Shown here: positions 1-12,199 of the stretch, piece by piece
Numbering within the stretch: the first letter of the stretch is position 1
How the letters are laid out: each line of letters begins with the position of its first letter
Source of the DNA: Histomonas meleagridis 2922-C6/04-290x
Taxonomy: Eukaryota; Protista; Parabasalia
Direction: 5' to 3'
Length of the DNA: 64,000 nucleotides
Assembly: GCA_020184695.1 (NCBI GenBank)
Contig: JAANOX010000061.1
Span: forward strand, 496,001-560,000
Made by a program: the position numbers and the translations under genes
The notes under the pieces: model-generated
The model's database searches: none
What the model was told of the DNA's origin: nothing
The model's input: the letters and a program-made list of their open reading frames with translations, nothing else

Positions 1-2
1 TA

Positions 3-165
3 CATAATTCGAATAATTCTAATAAGAGATTAAAATATGTTGCAGAAAAGTTGGCAAAATATAAGTGGAGAATTCATCCTCACCGTTGCTGGCTCATTCT
101 TGATGACTTTGCCGATCACTGTCAAAGGAAACGGATTTATCTAGAATGCTGAAGAAATTAAGGAC
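3..165 (+). pseudogene. A32/FtsK-like DNA packaging ATPase, C-terminal fragment
   Basis: Frame 3 reads LKYVAEKLAKYKWRIHPHRCWLILDDFAD (Walker B LILDDF at 93-110). After a frameshift it reads KETDLSRMLKKLR, an arginine-finger-like segment. Truncated by the window edge. Confidence 0.7.
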
Positions 166-563
166 TGACATTTATGATTTCATTATAGAATTAAAATTAA
201 ATAAAGTAATCACTACTAAACGATTACCTTTAATATTAAACATATTTTTTATGTTGATAATTTGACAATATATAAAAATGTTATTAGTGTTTGCACAGAA
301 TCATCAAAACGAGCGAAACGTGTCGGATTAAAATTATTATATGACATTCATGATTACATTAATGTTAAAATTATAGAACCATTAACTAATATAGCTCAAG
401 GTAGATTTATATGTATAACTCCGAAAATAGTGAAATTACAATTGTTGAAGGCGAAGACAAAAATATTAATTAAAACACTATATTTTTAACAAGCTGCTCC
501 CATAATGATCTGCTCTATACTAGCGTTGGTGATTTAAATTTGTGCGCGACCTTCAGGTTTCAT

Positions 564-2037
564 TTAACGAACCTTCAATAGAGCGTCTTCAAAATAGATT
601 CCTGTCGGAGCAATGTATACTACATTTTTCATAAAAGTGTCAGCCAATCGATCACCGAATAATTCAACTTGAACAGTCCCTGTTGTTGATATGCCTCCCT
701 GGAAATCCTCGCCTTCAGCAAATGGTAGTCCTATGAAGAAATTATAGTTATCTTTACCGTGCCAAACTTTTGATTGAGTATTAACACCAGATGCGTTATA
801 GATATTTTTATAATAATAAGGTTGAACAGATGTTCTAAGATCTTTTGACAGAGAACTTAAAAGACTTCCGTTAAGATTCACTGCATCCAAAAGCATATTA
901 ATATTCCTGGGATCATCAACTGTTTCATAAGCTTCTCTAGGATAAATTTTACCATCAATATTAAAACTATATCTGATTTGTGGATTTAAGAAGCATGTTC
1001 TTGAATATTGTGATTGACGAAATACTGTAAACATAGTATCACAATGCTTTAATCCTATTGTTGCAGCTGTGTTAAATGATGTTGGAGCAGATGTTGAATT
1101 GCTTCCTAATGGTTGTGTGAAGTCTCTTATTTGACAAACATGTATCGGAAAAAGCATTGGAACTTGAATATATTCAGCAGCAAGCGAATTAAACACATCC
1201 ATTTTCAAGAGATATGTAGCAAGCTTAATTTTAACATCTTTTGTAACTTGTGTATGACGAACAAATTGCTGTGGTACATCCATTGTTGCGTAAGTTGTAG
1301 TACCGCTTTCTGTTGTTGCTTTAATTTACTCTTAACTGTATCATTAATCTTTCTAAATTCAAGATCACATAAATAATTACCTTCGACGACTGACTTTGCT
1401 GCTACAAGTGATTCGTGGTCACATACAGGCGCAATAACTATATTATGATATGATGGCATTAGTTCATAAGAAGGCTTTCCGATCCAGTTAGGATAATATC
1501 TCATCTTAAATAATGATGAAAATAAATTAATAGGAATTCTAAAAGAAATTATAACAATGACTTCTTTAGATGCAGTAATAGCACTAAAGTCACAATAAAC
1601 TTTTGGATCGTATAATGAGTTGTAAAGCATAAACCATTCATATCTGGCATATTGCACGTTTTGAATTTTATTCATATTTGAATAGACTTCAGTATAAAGT
1701 ATTGATCAATAGCATCAGCTAAGCACTTATATTCAACATAATATTCTTAAAACAGAAGATTTGATTGTGGTGGAACAGTTATCGAAACTTCTTGTTTCAA
1801 AGTAATATAACTATCATCTAATCCAATAATTTTAAACCTATCGGTAAAAATATCGACATAAGTTGTGTCACCTTCGTTAATTTTTCCAACATTCACGTAA
1901 GAAGTAGCTGTGGTGTATCTATAATTGCCAGGAATGATTTCAGAAGTTTTAATTGCTTCATCAACTTCATTATACCAATCCTGTAAATTTCCTGACATAG
2001 CGTCAATAACGTTTGGTTGATTCTGTGGCGCAAACAT
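564..2037 (-). pseudogene. Probable major capsid protein, copy 1 (about 490 codons, frameshifted)
   Basis: Three collinear ORF pieces (1747-2037, 1205-1675, 564-1283). Size fits a double jelly-roll MCP, the gene is multicopy, and it lies between the ATPase and helicase relics. Fold assignment is inference. Confidence 0.6.
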
Positions 2038-2049
2038 TTCTAAGTGGTA

Positions 2050-2200
2050 AAAAACGAAAAAATATCACATCTCTATACTCAATTATTCGCCACTCTTAGT
2101 TGGTTACTCTTCATATCAATAAGAGCTCTAAGATCTTTATCAAGTGATTGTAAATATTCTAAACTAAGTGTTGACGGATCTCCTTTAAATGAAATAAAAT
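2050..2200 (-). pseudogene. C-terminal part of the conserved ORF upstream of the capsid gene (ORF-X)
   Basis: LEYLQSLDKDLRALIDMKSNQLRVANN* is homologous to 11909-12139 and 23460-23660. Confidence 0.6.
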
Positions 2201-2299
2201 TAAATATGACATATCTTTTAACAAACCCAATAATTTCATTACACAATAAATATCATTTGACGAGATTAATGATTATGATTTCAGTAAAAGCTTTAATGA

Positions 2300-4330
2300 A
2301 TTTATAATTGATGAGGATTATGTGCACCGGTACTTTGATTTTGTTACTATTAAATCAGAAGATAAATTAATATCTGTTTATGAATTGCTTGAACAACTAA
2401 AAAATATATTCGGAGATTACTTTTACGGTGGTTATTGTAATAATGGGGAAATGGAAGCATATGAATTTAGACTTATTCCTGATGACAAACATTATTTATC
2501 GATTCATGTTGTATTATATGAGACAAAAATCGCATCAAAAGATATTGTTGAAATAATGAAACATACTAAGAAATAAAGTTTTGCCATGAATGGTGTTCAT
2601 GAATTATTTGATCCAAACGTATATAAATTAGTTCAAAGAAGAGAAGGTTAGTTATCAAGACAAGTAATGAGGCACGTTTTTTCTGATGAAATATTTATAC
2701 CCAACGATCCACAGAATAAAATGAATCACGGTTAAATTATAAATGATGAAGATTATGAAGACCAATTAATTATATCTAATGATGAACGAGTGAAAGAGTT
2801 ATAAAATTATTTTAATCTCGATTTCGACACTTCTAATGTCACTCTCGCCAACATTTTCTTAAATGGTACCATTAGAGTACTCAAAAACAGAGCATCAGCA
2901 CGACTTAGAAATTAATCATAGATCAAATATCAGACCGTTATTACTTGAGAGAAATGACAAAGAAGTGGTTTCATTTTTTACCAAAACGAAGACAAGGAAC
3001 AAGTATTTAGTACTGTATCGTGATTCATCAATTGATTTTACAGTAAATATTAACAACTCTACATGGCATCATGAGGATATAAGAAGAAAAACTTATGAAA
3101 CATATGAGTTTCCAAAACTAATTTGTTAAACCTAATCTTTTTGGTGTAATAGGTTTTGTTAAATCGAGATTCTATATTAGAGAGATAAAAGAAGATCAAA
3201 CATATATTAGAGAAACATCACTAACAAAAATTCGTGAAGAGCTTTCTTTATACAAGCCATTCAAAGGAAACACTAAAGTAACATTATATCATGTTGTATC
3301 AAAATATTCAAACTGGTTTGCTTATGACGACGCTAAATTAATGGCAATCCTGATAAAGCTAATATAATAAACATCTTTTAAGGATTTAAGTTTACTGAAA
3401 ACAAAACGAATGATTTCACATTACTTCAACCATTACTGGATCACATAAAACATATCGTTTGTCATGATGAAGAAGACAAATACGACTATCTTATGAAATG
3501 GTGGACTAACATATAACATCTTTCAAAACATTACCGTTTAGAATGGAAAAATGCCAATTATTCATGGAGCTCAAGACTCAGGGAAAAGCTTTCCTGTTAA
3601 GTGCTTTTGCGAACTGCTCGGTAACTTTGCGCTGAAAAACGTTGTTGACGTAAATAAAGTTGTCGGTAAATTTAATAATTTGATTGGTCGTCATATAGTG
3701 ATTAACATTAATGAGCCGCCAGAAGCTACGGAGAAATTTAAGTATCTCGGTAAAATAAAATCAAAACTTACACAAAAACGAACAGTTGCGGAAACTAAAG
3801 GAGTTGATCAAATTGAAATAGATTCTTGAGTAAATTATATAATGAAATCTGATGAGCACAAATAATTCTAAGTCTGTTCAAGAAGAGAAAGGAGATCGAA
3901 GAATAATATATAAAGAGGCGAATAATAAATATCGTGGAAACAAAGAATATTTTGATGAGTTATGCAAGCCAATTCAACCTATCAAACAAGTTCCTTATAT
4001 CAAAGAATATATGGAATTTTTCTTACACTACATGAGAACTCAGATAGATGTTAAAGATATTGATGCGGAAACAATCATTCGTAAAATTAATTTTAAAACT
4101 AATTTAATGCACAGCTTGAACGGCAGTCTTTCGACTTAGGCGCTGTATACATTTCAAAAATATCTCGCTATTTTGAATCATCACCATTCATTTATTTAGA
4201 AATTAATGCACTTAAATATGACAAAATTCAATTAATAACAGGTTATGAAAAATATGATCATGAAGATGATAAATTAGTCGTGGTTTCTTTATCAAAAACA
4301 TCACATTTTATATTAATAATATCTGAGCTA
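2300..4330 (+). pseudogene. Primase-superfamily 3 (D5-like) helicase, copy 1
   Basis: Walker A-like IIHGAQDSGKS and Walker B VININE in ORF 3551-3829. Motif C STNN and arginine finger GDRR in 3852-4139. The N-terminal ORFs 2322-2576 and 2863-3129 are collinear pieces. Confidence 0.8.
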
Positions 4331-4499
4331 AATTCATCCTAAGCATTAATATAATAATAATTATTATATTATTAATGATAAATTGATGGCAAAACTGAGG
4401 GAGAACAAGATATCAAAAAATGAAGCTAATTTTAATATTATAATTTCATTCATTTATTATTATAGAAATGATGGATAACATCTATGAAGAAATTGAGCG

Positions 4500-4832
4500 T
4501 GCAGTTCAACAATCGACAGAAAGATTTTATAATCAAATGTCAGAATATATTTTAGATAATCATTTACAGAACGAAACAACGGAAGATATAGCCAAAAAAT
4601 ATTCAAACATTAGACCAATCAACATATCTTTATCATGAATCACTTCTCCAAGATTTGCTAGAGTTTCATTTGCTGTTTCAACACTTCGTTCTTTAATTTT
4701 GGGTTCTTCTTGCGAGACTGGTTTAACATCAGGATAGCTAACAGGCTCTCTTTTGTAAGGATTGATCATAACATTGACGTTTTGGATTTGACTTTGTTTT
4801 GAAGAATCAAGATTTGTTCCGACTTTTGCCAA
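4500..4832 (-). pseudogene. Element-associated hypothetical ORF
   Basis: 90-aa ORF (AKVGTNLDSS...EEPKIKERSVE) convergent with the helicase; function unknown. Confidence 0.4.
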
Positions 4833-5269
4833 AAATCCTTTCGAACATGAAAAAACACTACTTCTTGGTATCTATCTGACATTTATTTACCGTAAAAAAA
4901 TATTTTTATCACTGATTATAGCATTTTAACATAAATGTTCCAATATGTGTTCAAACAACAAAGAGTATATTAAAAGTTATCAAAAGAACATTGTCAGACA
5001 ATCGTTTTATTTCACTTTATTTCATAATATGACAATGATCTCATGAAAGAATCAGCTGCTAGTATATTTGACTCGGATAAATTGATCTAATTTAAATCAA
5101 ATTATGTAATGAATATTCTGAAATCACAGATCCTCATGCAAGATTTAACATCTACATTGAGGCGAGACGTGTCAATATTAATAATTACTCTATCGAACAG
5201 TGTTGAACAAAAATTATTTTTACTTCGTTCGATCGCTTTCGCTTTGCTCAATAACGAATAAATCTTCAT

Positions 5270-5830
5270 CAGAAAGACCTTGGACGCTTATGGTGATGTA
5301 TAATTGATACAATAAATGAACTCCATGAAAATTAGCATCAACTAATGTTAATTATAAATGTGATAAATCATTACTGTTTAATTCAATCTCAAAATCAGCC
5401 TTCTATACTATTATCGGTAAGTTTGCTGAGAATGAGTTATTAATGTTTAAAACAATTTTTGATATGTTGATTGTCTTATTAAGATTTCGATATGAAGTGT
5501 GCCATTACTTGAAATGATATTGATTACTTCTGTCTGTTAAGTGTATCATACTAATCAATGTCGAGATTTATATGATTATTTTCAATCGGATATTGTACAA
5601 TAATGCAGTTGCTAAATTGATTTTCAGTTTTGAACATTTTAATATTATTAAAATGTCGAATTCACAGTTCGAAAAAATTGAGAATATAGTTAGCTGCATT
5701 AATGAATGAAAATAGTGTTGTTTACAGTAATCACAGCAAAACATCCGACACTTTTTCAAATTATATTTGTACGTTACAGATAAACAGTTATGATAAAAGT
5801 TTTGGTTCCACATATGGCAGGAAGAAATCA
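5270..5830 (-). pseudogene. Candidate minor capsid (penton-like) gene remnant
   Basis: 5460->5281 reads KIVLNINNSFSANLPIIV*KADFEIELNSNDLSHL*LTLVDANFHGVHLLYQLYITISVQ. The alternating beta pattern and C-terminal LVD..h...h.h.I.V resemble Polinton-type minor capsid ends (inference). Confidence 0.4.
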
Positions 5831-5899
5831 TGTTGTAATATCTCCGTTAGATAATAGTATAAAAAATTTAAAGTATATCAATAATAATATTAAAGTTGA

Positions 5900-7130
5900 T
5901 GATATACTTACTGGAGAAAATAGTACATGCATATATAATTGAAATGTTCAGTAATATTAGTAATGTTTTGAACTTATATAAACAATTTGTAAAAATTACT
6001 AAGTATAATAATAATGTTACAATAAATACTCTCCATTAAATCATACGCATTAAATTATTAATGATGATTCATTAATTAACGGTAGTCTTGTAGCAAATTT
6101 TATTAACGGATATTATATTCTAAATAGTATTGGCGGAGGTTCTAATTTAACAATAAATGTTCCATCAATCGCGACTATTAAATCAGATGGTGTAATGTAA
6201 GTAGAAGAATACATTGATTCTCACTATAAAGATAATTATAATAAATATAATACTTGGAGGATTAGAGCTATAACTGATACATTAAGTTTTCAAGCAAGAG
6301 GTGGAAGTACAATAAGTTCTAGTAATAATGGTTACATGAATGTTACTACAATTAATGGTATCGATATCGATAACATATCTTTAACAAGTCATAATCATGA
6401 CAATAGATATTTTATAATAGATCATATACATCTTGATTATTTAACGAGTGCTAATTTAGAAAATATTAATAACAGAATAACGGGCATTTATTATTATGAA
6501 GAACTTATAGAAGTTGATGAAGAAGAAAAAGATATATATGTAAAATATACTGTAATTAATCAAGATCTTATTGTTAATGGTACAATTGATGATATTAATA
6601 CTGATAACATAGCACTTATAGAAGATGGGGTGCTGAGCATCGGAGATGTTGTACTATTCGATAATGATATTAATGTATCAACTTATGATAATACCACAGA
6701 ATAGGGAATTACGAAAAACAATTTGTTGATTAATTCCCCAAATGCTAATAGTATCATGTTTGAAGATAGCGGTCACACTTATGGTATAGTTAATGTTGAC
6801 GGTGTATTTACATCTGAATACAATTCAACAAAACAAATGATTATAGATGATGAGATTCAGAAATTATTAACACGAGCTCCTAATAAAGACGGTGAAGAAT
6901 ATAATAAGAATTGGCGGGAATATTTATTGGATGTTTTTTTTTTTTGCGATGTCATCGGCGAAGTTTGCTGAACTCACTAGTAGAGTAAAGTATATAACAG
7001 TATTAAGAATAGTATTTTGGCAATTACGTTGATAAGTAGATTTAAAAATGTATTTACTGGAGCAAGAGGATATGTTCCAATTCCAACATTGAGATTATTC
7101 GTTATAACATGCATGTTATAAATTAAAAAA
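5900..7130 (+). pseudogene. Beta-rich fibre/spike-like gene remnant
   Basis: ORFs 6336-6704 and 6723-6971 are Asn/Ile/Asp/Thr-rich, with INGIDIDNISLTSHNH. Upstream degenerate frames have the same composition. Confidence 0.35.
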
Positions 7131-7329
7131 ATGTGATCGTAGAAAAAATTTATCATGTATTCACATTATTAATGAATAGCATCATACAAAAAAATGATCC
7201 ATTCATCAGATAAGTAGAAATATAATATATATATACTTTTTTAATGAGATTTCTGAAAATAAACCATCATTTAATTCGACAATTACTGTACAATCTAATA
7301 AAGAAGTAAATTGGAGCTACAACTTCATC

Positions 7330-7554
7330 ATGTCTATAATGCAATATTCAGCAGATGCAGCACAACGTTCGGAAACTGCACGGAATCTAATAAAAAACGT
7401 TTTTGATGAAGTTGAGAAATTAAAAATATCAATCGACCCAAATGCCAAGAATGTTCTTGTTATCCCAGGAGCTCAACCAACAGCTTCCATCAGCAGTTGT
7501 CATAAAATAGGTCAGAATTGTGCAACATGCCCTTTTAATGAAAAACATCTTTGA
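7330..7554 (+). CDS. Short hypothetical ORF or host gene fragment
   Basis: 74-aa ORF with normal codon composition, open upstream to 7198; no recognised family. Confidence 0.25.
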   Translation: MSIMQYSADAAQRSETARNLIKNVFDEVEKLKISIDPNAKNVLVIPGAQPTASISSCHKIGQNCATCPFNEKHL

Positions 7555-8168
7555 TATCAATTTTCGAAAAATTAATCGATCATGGTCTTTGAAATCAATA
7601 TTGCTGAACATTTGGTCTTGTGCTATTAATAGAGATAATTTTTATAACTTGTATACTCAACTAATTGATACCCAAATTTTTATTATCTTTTTAATTGATT
7701 ATTCGTGTTCAAACGTTATTTCAGCGGCCAAGTAATGGATATATTTTCCAAGTTGATTTATTGATTTAATTCGAAGAAATTTTAAGACTCTCGAGAAGGA
7801 ATAAAATATCAAAAATTCAGTAGAAATTTTTATATATAAAAAAAGTTATATGCAAAAAACAAATTGCTTAAAAAAAGAAAATTTTGTACAAATATTAATT
7901 TTTGATTTGGAATAAAGTACATAAGTTCACAAATATAGCCACCAGAAATTAAAAAAATAATTTTAAGAAACCATTGTATTTTAACTTTTTTTAATATCTG
8001 ATAATTATGAATTTTTTATTTTTGCCCGAAACTTCGGCAATGAAAAGGATTATAGATGAAAAATATATTTTAGAATAAATATAATTGTTGATTTCCATTA
8101 GAAATAAAAAACATTAAAATTTACGTTATTCCATAGGAAAAAATATGAATAAATTGGAAAGCTTTCAA

Positions 8169-9650
8169 GGTATAATGCTGTTGATGAAGCTGTGAAAGCT
8201 TTCTAAATTATTCCCTGCAATATTAAATACACTACAGCTACTTCGAACAAAAATGTTGAAGACATTAACGGAGGTGACACAACTTATGTCGACATATTCA
8301 CAGATGGTTTTAAAATTATTGATTTAGATAATAGTCATATTACTTTAATATTACTTTAGAACAAGAAGTTCAGATAATTGTACCATCACAAACAGGCTAA
8401 TTATTTAAAGAGTATTATGTCGGATATAAGTGCTCGGCAGATGCTTTGGATCAGTATAGAGTCTATCTAAACACAGATAAAATTCAAGATGTTCATAATG
8501 CTAGGTATGAATGGTTTATGTATTACAATTCACTATCCGATGAAGCTAAAGCATTAAATGATTGTTTTGCGATTATGAAAAAAATTCGTAATCACGATCC
8601 AATGGTTCCGAGAATTTATTGTGATTTTAGTGCTATTACTTCATCTAAAGAAGTTATTGTAAAGAATTTTTTTTACGAATTTTTATTAATTTATCTTTGT
8701 TATCTAATGAATAAAGCTTTCTATCGCACTCATGCCGTCATATTAGAATCTTGTTATTGCGCCTGTATGCGATCATAAATCATTAGTTGCCGCAAATATC
8801 GTAATCGGTGGATATTATTAGTGAGATCTATAATAGATATATTTATAATTCAAAGATATAAACAAATCGGCAACATATAACATCAAAGTATCAGGAACAG
8901 ATACCTTAATATACGCTACTATGAATGCAGCACAGCAATTTGTTTGTCATGCACAAATAACAAAAGATGTTAAAATCAAGCTTGCAACATATTTATTAGA
9001 AATAAATGTGTTTAATGCTTGAGCTGCTAAATATATTCAAGTTCCGATGCTATTTCCGATACATGTTTATCAAGTCAGTAATTTCACTCAATCTATAGAA
9101 AATGATTCAACAACAGCTCCAACATCATTTAATACTGCTGCAACAATCGAATTGAATCACTGCGATACAATGTTTACTGTATTCAGACAATCGCAATATT
9201 CACGTACGTGAACACGTGTTTCTTAAATTTGCAAATTAGATATAGTTTTAATATTGATGATAAAATTCATCCAAGTGAAGCTTATGAAACTAATTTAGGA
9301 AATTATAATATGCTTCTTGATGCAGTAAATCTAAACGGAAGCGCGTTGAGTTATTGAGCAAAAGATAACATATTAAAACTTCTGCTCGACCGTATTATCA
9401 TAAAAATACATAAAATTCTTCTGGAGTCAATCCGTAATAGAGCATGGCATCTCAAAAATAACAGTAATTTCTTCAGAGGATTATTATTTGCTGGTGGAGT
9501 AAATTTTATGGTGGCATATCAACAACTGGAACTGTTCAAATTGAATTATTTAATGATCGATCAGCTAATACCGCAATGTCGATTATATAGCACAAACAGG
9601 TATATACTTTGAAGATGCATTATTGGATCTTAGAGCAATGGAACCTGACG
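8169..9650 (+). pseudogene. Probable major capsid protein, copy 2 (near full length, many lesions)
   Basis: ORF 8446-8778 (ARYEWFMYYNSLSDEAK) and downstream pieces (KDVKIKLATYLL, IQVPMLFPIHV, HCDTMFTVFRQSQYSRT, GISTTGTVQIELF) align with copy 1. Confidence 0.75.
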
Positions 9651-9749
9651 GTTATACTTCTTTGAATATCCGAAGTAACTTTTTGTCTGATTGACTTTTT
9701 TAGAATAAACTGATAAAAATTTTTAATACAGATATTTCTCTGTAAATAT

Positions 9750-10700
9750 TAAATGTTTTGACGTTTGATTTCTTATAACTTCATTTAAGTATATTTATTG
9801 TTTGTTGATTAATTGTAATTACAGTTCATGTTGTATCATGAAGTATATTAAACTTATTATACTCGAACATTTTTTTAATAAAATATATTATATGTCAGAT
9901 ATTCATAACATAATTTTTCTGTTATGATTTTTAAATCAGCATCAACCGTTTCATAATTCTTCATATAACATTCCGATACATCAACTTCAAAATTTGACAT
10001 ATAATGATTGTCTCTAATTATTAGTTTTATTACTCTGTTGTGATTTTTACCGAATGACTTGACACACGCCTTGCCAAAGGCTCGAACCTCACATGGTTCA
10101 ATATGTTAGGTTTATGGATATAATATTCTGACGTTAATTTTCATTTTCGATAAATCAAAAATCGTCTCTAACTCACTTCATGACACCGTTCGAGTTTGAA
10201 TAAAAGTTTTCAACATTTTTAATTCATTTTTTTTTTCTTCAATACTTCCGAAGCAATAAATGCTCGAATTAGACATGATTCATACATATTATCGTCATTA
10301 ATATTTTAAAATATTACAAATTATTATAAATCAATATCTGACGTGTTGATGTTAGAAAAAATTTCATAATTTATCCTCTTTTCTTTTTTGACACTTTTAC
10401 ATTAAAAAAAAATGATTTTGAGTAATCACACTTGATCATTATCCGAACCAGCACTCAAATACCAAACGGTTATTTTATCGGCGTGCATATACTGCTTTCT
10501 TCCGTCTTAATCAGTTAAAGTCATTCTAATATCTTTATTAATTTTTGGCGCTGCTGTTTCAATCGCGTACATTAACGCAGAAAATAATGTGTCAATACTT
10601 CCTTTGTCTTCAAACGTGAAACCTATTTGTTTCATTGAATTTTTAATTATTTGTTAAATTGTAGACTCTACTCTTGAGATCTTCCGATTCATTTTTGAGA
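9750..10700 (-). pseudogene. N-terminal region of family-B DNA polymerase gene, copy 2
   Basis: CLIRAFIASEVL..LKTFIQTRTV and IIRDNHYMSNFEVDVSECYMKNY match 18480-18230 (IRALEASKL..TRTVPRSEL; DNVNVSEFYLRNY). Confidence 0.55.
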
Positions 10701-11697
10701 AATTCGTTTTTCTTATTACTGAAACCTTCAAGTGAATGTTTATTTTTTGGTTAATTATCACTTAACGTAAGATTCATTCATCTGTTGATTTATCATGAAT
10801 ATATTCGAACCTTATCTGGAAATTTTATATTTTGATTGATTAACACTTAATTTTTTATGATTTTGATATTGTTCCTCATAAACTTCGAGCGAAGTTGATA
10901 TATGTCTATAAACAAAATTTATCGGTAAAAGGTATTCATAATTTTCAGATCAATTTTAAACTTTTTTGCTCAATCTTTTTGGTATTTGATCAAAAATGAG
11001 AAAAATGATTTTCTTTACAACTAGGTTTTATTTTAGAACTTGGTACAAGGTACCTCAGTAATTTTTACAAATTGGTTGTATAAGTCTAACACTTTATTAC
11101 TGAATATTTCAGTAATATAAGCATCTTTCGATATATTTTCTCCAGTAAGTATATCATCAACTTACATATTATTATTAAAAAAATTTGTATTTTGCTTGTA
11201 CTTATGTTGAATCAGACTAAAGTCAAAATCTTGTCGCAAAATTTGCGATTGTCAATCCTTGAAGTTCTTATTCTTATTCCCAGGGCATAACGGTCGTCAT
11301 AAACGGTCTAATCCGTGGTAAAACCCCGCCGAAAATTGGAAAACCCGCCAATAATATTATACCCGCCAAAATTGATATCACAAAACAATTATTTGAATCT
11401 CTTATATCATACACAGATAATCTTAAATCACAATGGATCGTAATCGCGCTATTACTCTTCAAGATTTATAAGAGATAGGATATATTTCACTTCAACGAAT
11501 TAATTATGATATTCCACCGATTATTGCATAATATAGTAATGTTGATGAGATCAAAACTCTTCATGACGCTATGCATTTTTTTGGTATTTATACAACGATA
11601 TTATCATCCTTTCTTCAATATCTCCAAATTACGAAATCATCCAAATGTGAGAACTCAACAAACAATTTCCCTCATTATTATGAATAATTTTACCGAT

Positions 11698-11900
11698 CTC
11701 GTAAATTTCCAGACATTGCATCAATCAAATAATATATAATTTTGATATTATCATTATCTGAACCAATGATTTTAAATCTATCGGTGAAAATATCACAAAA
11801 GTTGTATCGACTTTGGTGATGTATCCAACATTTTTATATAAAGCTGCTGTAGTGTATTCATAATTGCCGAAAATAATTTCAAAAGCTTTTACTGCTTCAT
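11698..11900 (-). pseudogene. Major capsid N-terminal fragments, copy 3
   Basis: EAVKAFEIIFGNYEYTTAALYKNVG... at 11900-11750, followed by a second N-terminal snippet IDAMSGNLRD at 11727-11698 (out of order, so rearranged). Confidence 0.65.
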
Positions 11901-11908
11901 ATCTATTT

Positions 11909-12139
11909 CTATAATATATTCGCCTTTTCTCCTTGTCTACTTTTCATATCAATTGAATCACCAAGATCTTCATTAAGTGATTGTTGATATTCTGAATCAA
12001 GTACAGATAAAACATTTGACGCAGCATACTGATATTCGAAATTTCTAGCATTAAATTCATTTATTATTGGTTGAGGTACAATTTTATTTTTTTCACTAAT
12101 GGCGGCTTTTACTGATTGTGATGCTTCACCATGAATCAC
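11909..12139 (-). pseudogene. ORF-X copy, directly upstream of capsid fragment
   Basis: KIVPQPIINEFNARNFEYQYAASN is homologous to 17200-17300 (+) and 23560-23660 (-). Confidence 0.65.
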
Positions 12140-12199
12140 TAGCTGAATTATATAATAATATATGCTAATCGACTGCTGTTTCTATTTCTGCTAATCTTT

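Noticed and set aside
5281-5460. Alternative genetic code (TAA/TAG read as Gln) explaining in-frame stops in viral genes
   Set aside because: Intact host genes end in TAA, TAG and TGA, and the viral relics also contain frameshifts and TGA stops, so ordinary decay explains them.
7330-7554. G-protein gamma subunit
   Set aside because: No CaaX end and no convincing DPL/NPF motifs.
11095-11117. 10-bp-stem hairpin TATTACTGAA-TAT-TTCAGTAATA and three CCCGCC boxes at 11324-11367 as an element terminus
   Set aside because: No matching partner TIR or TSD found in the window; the AT-rich stem could be chance.
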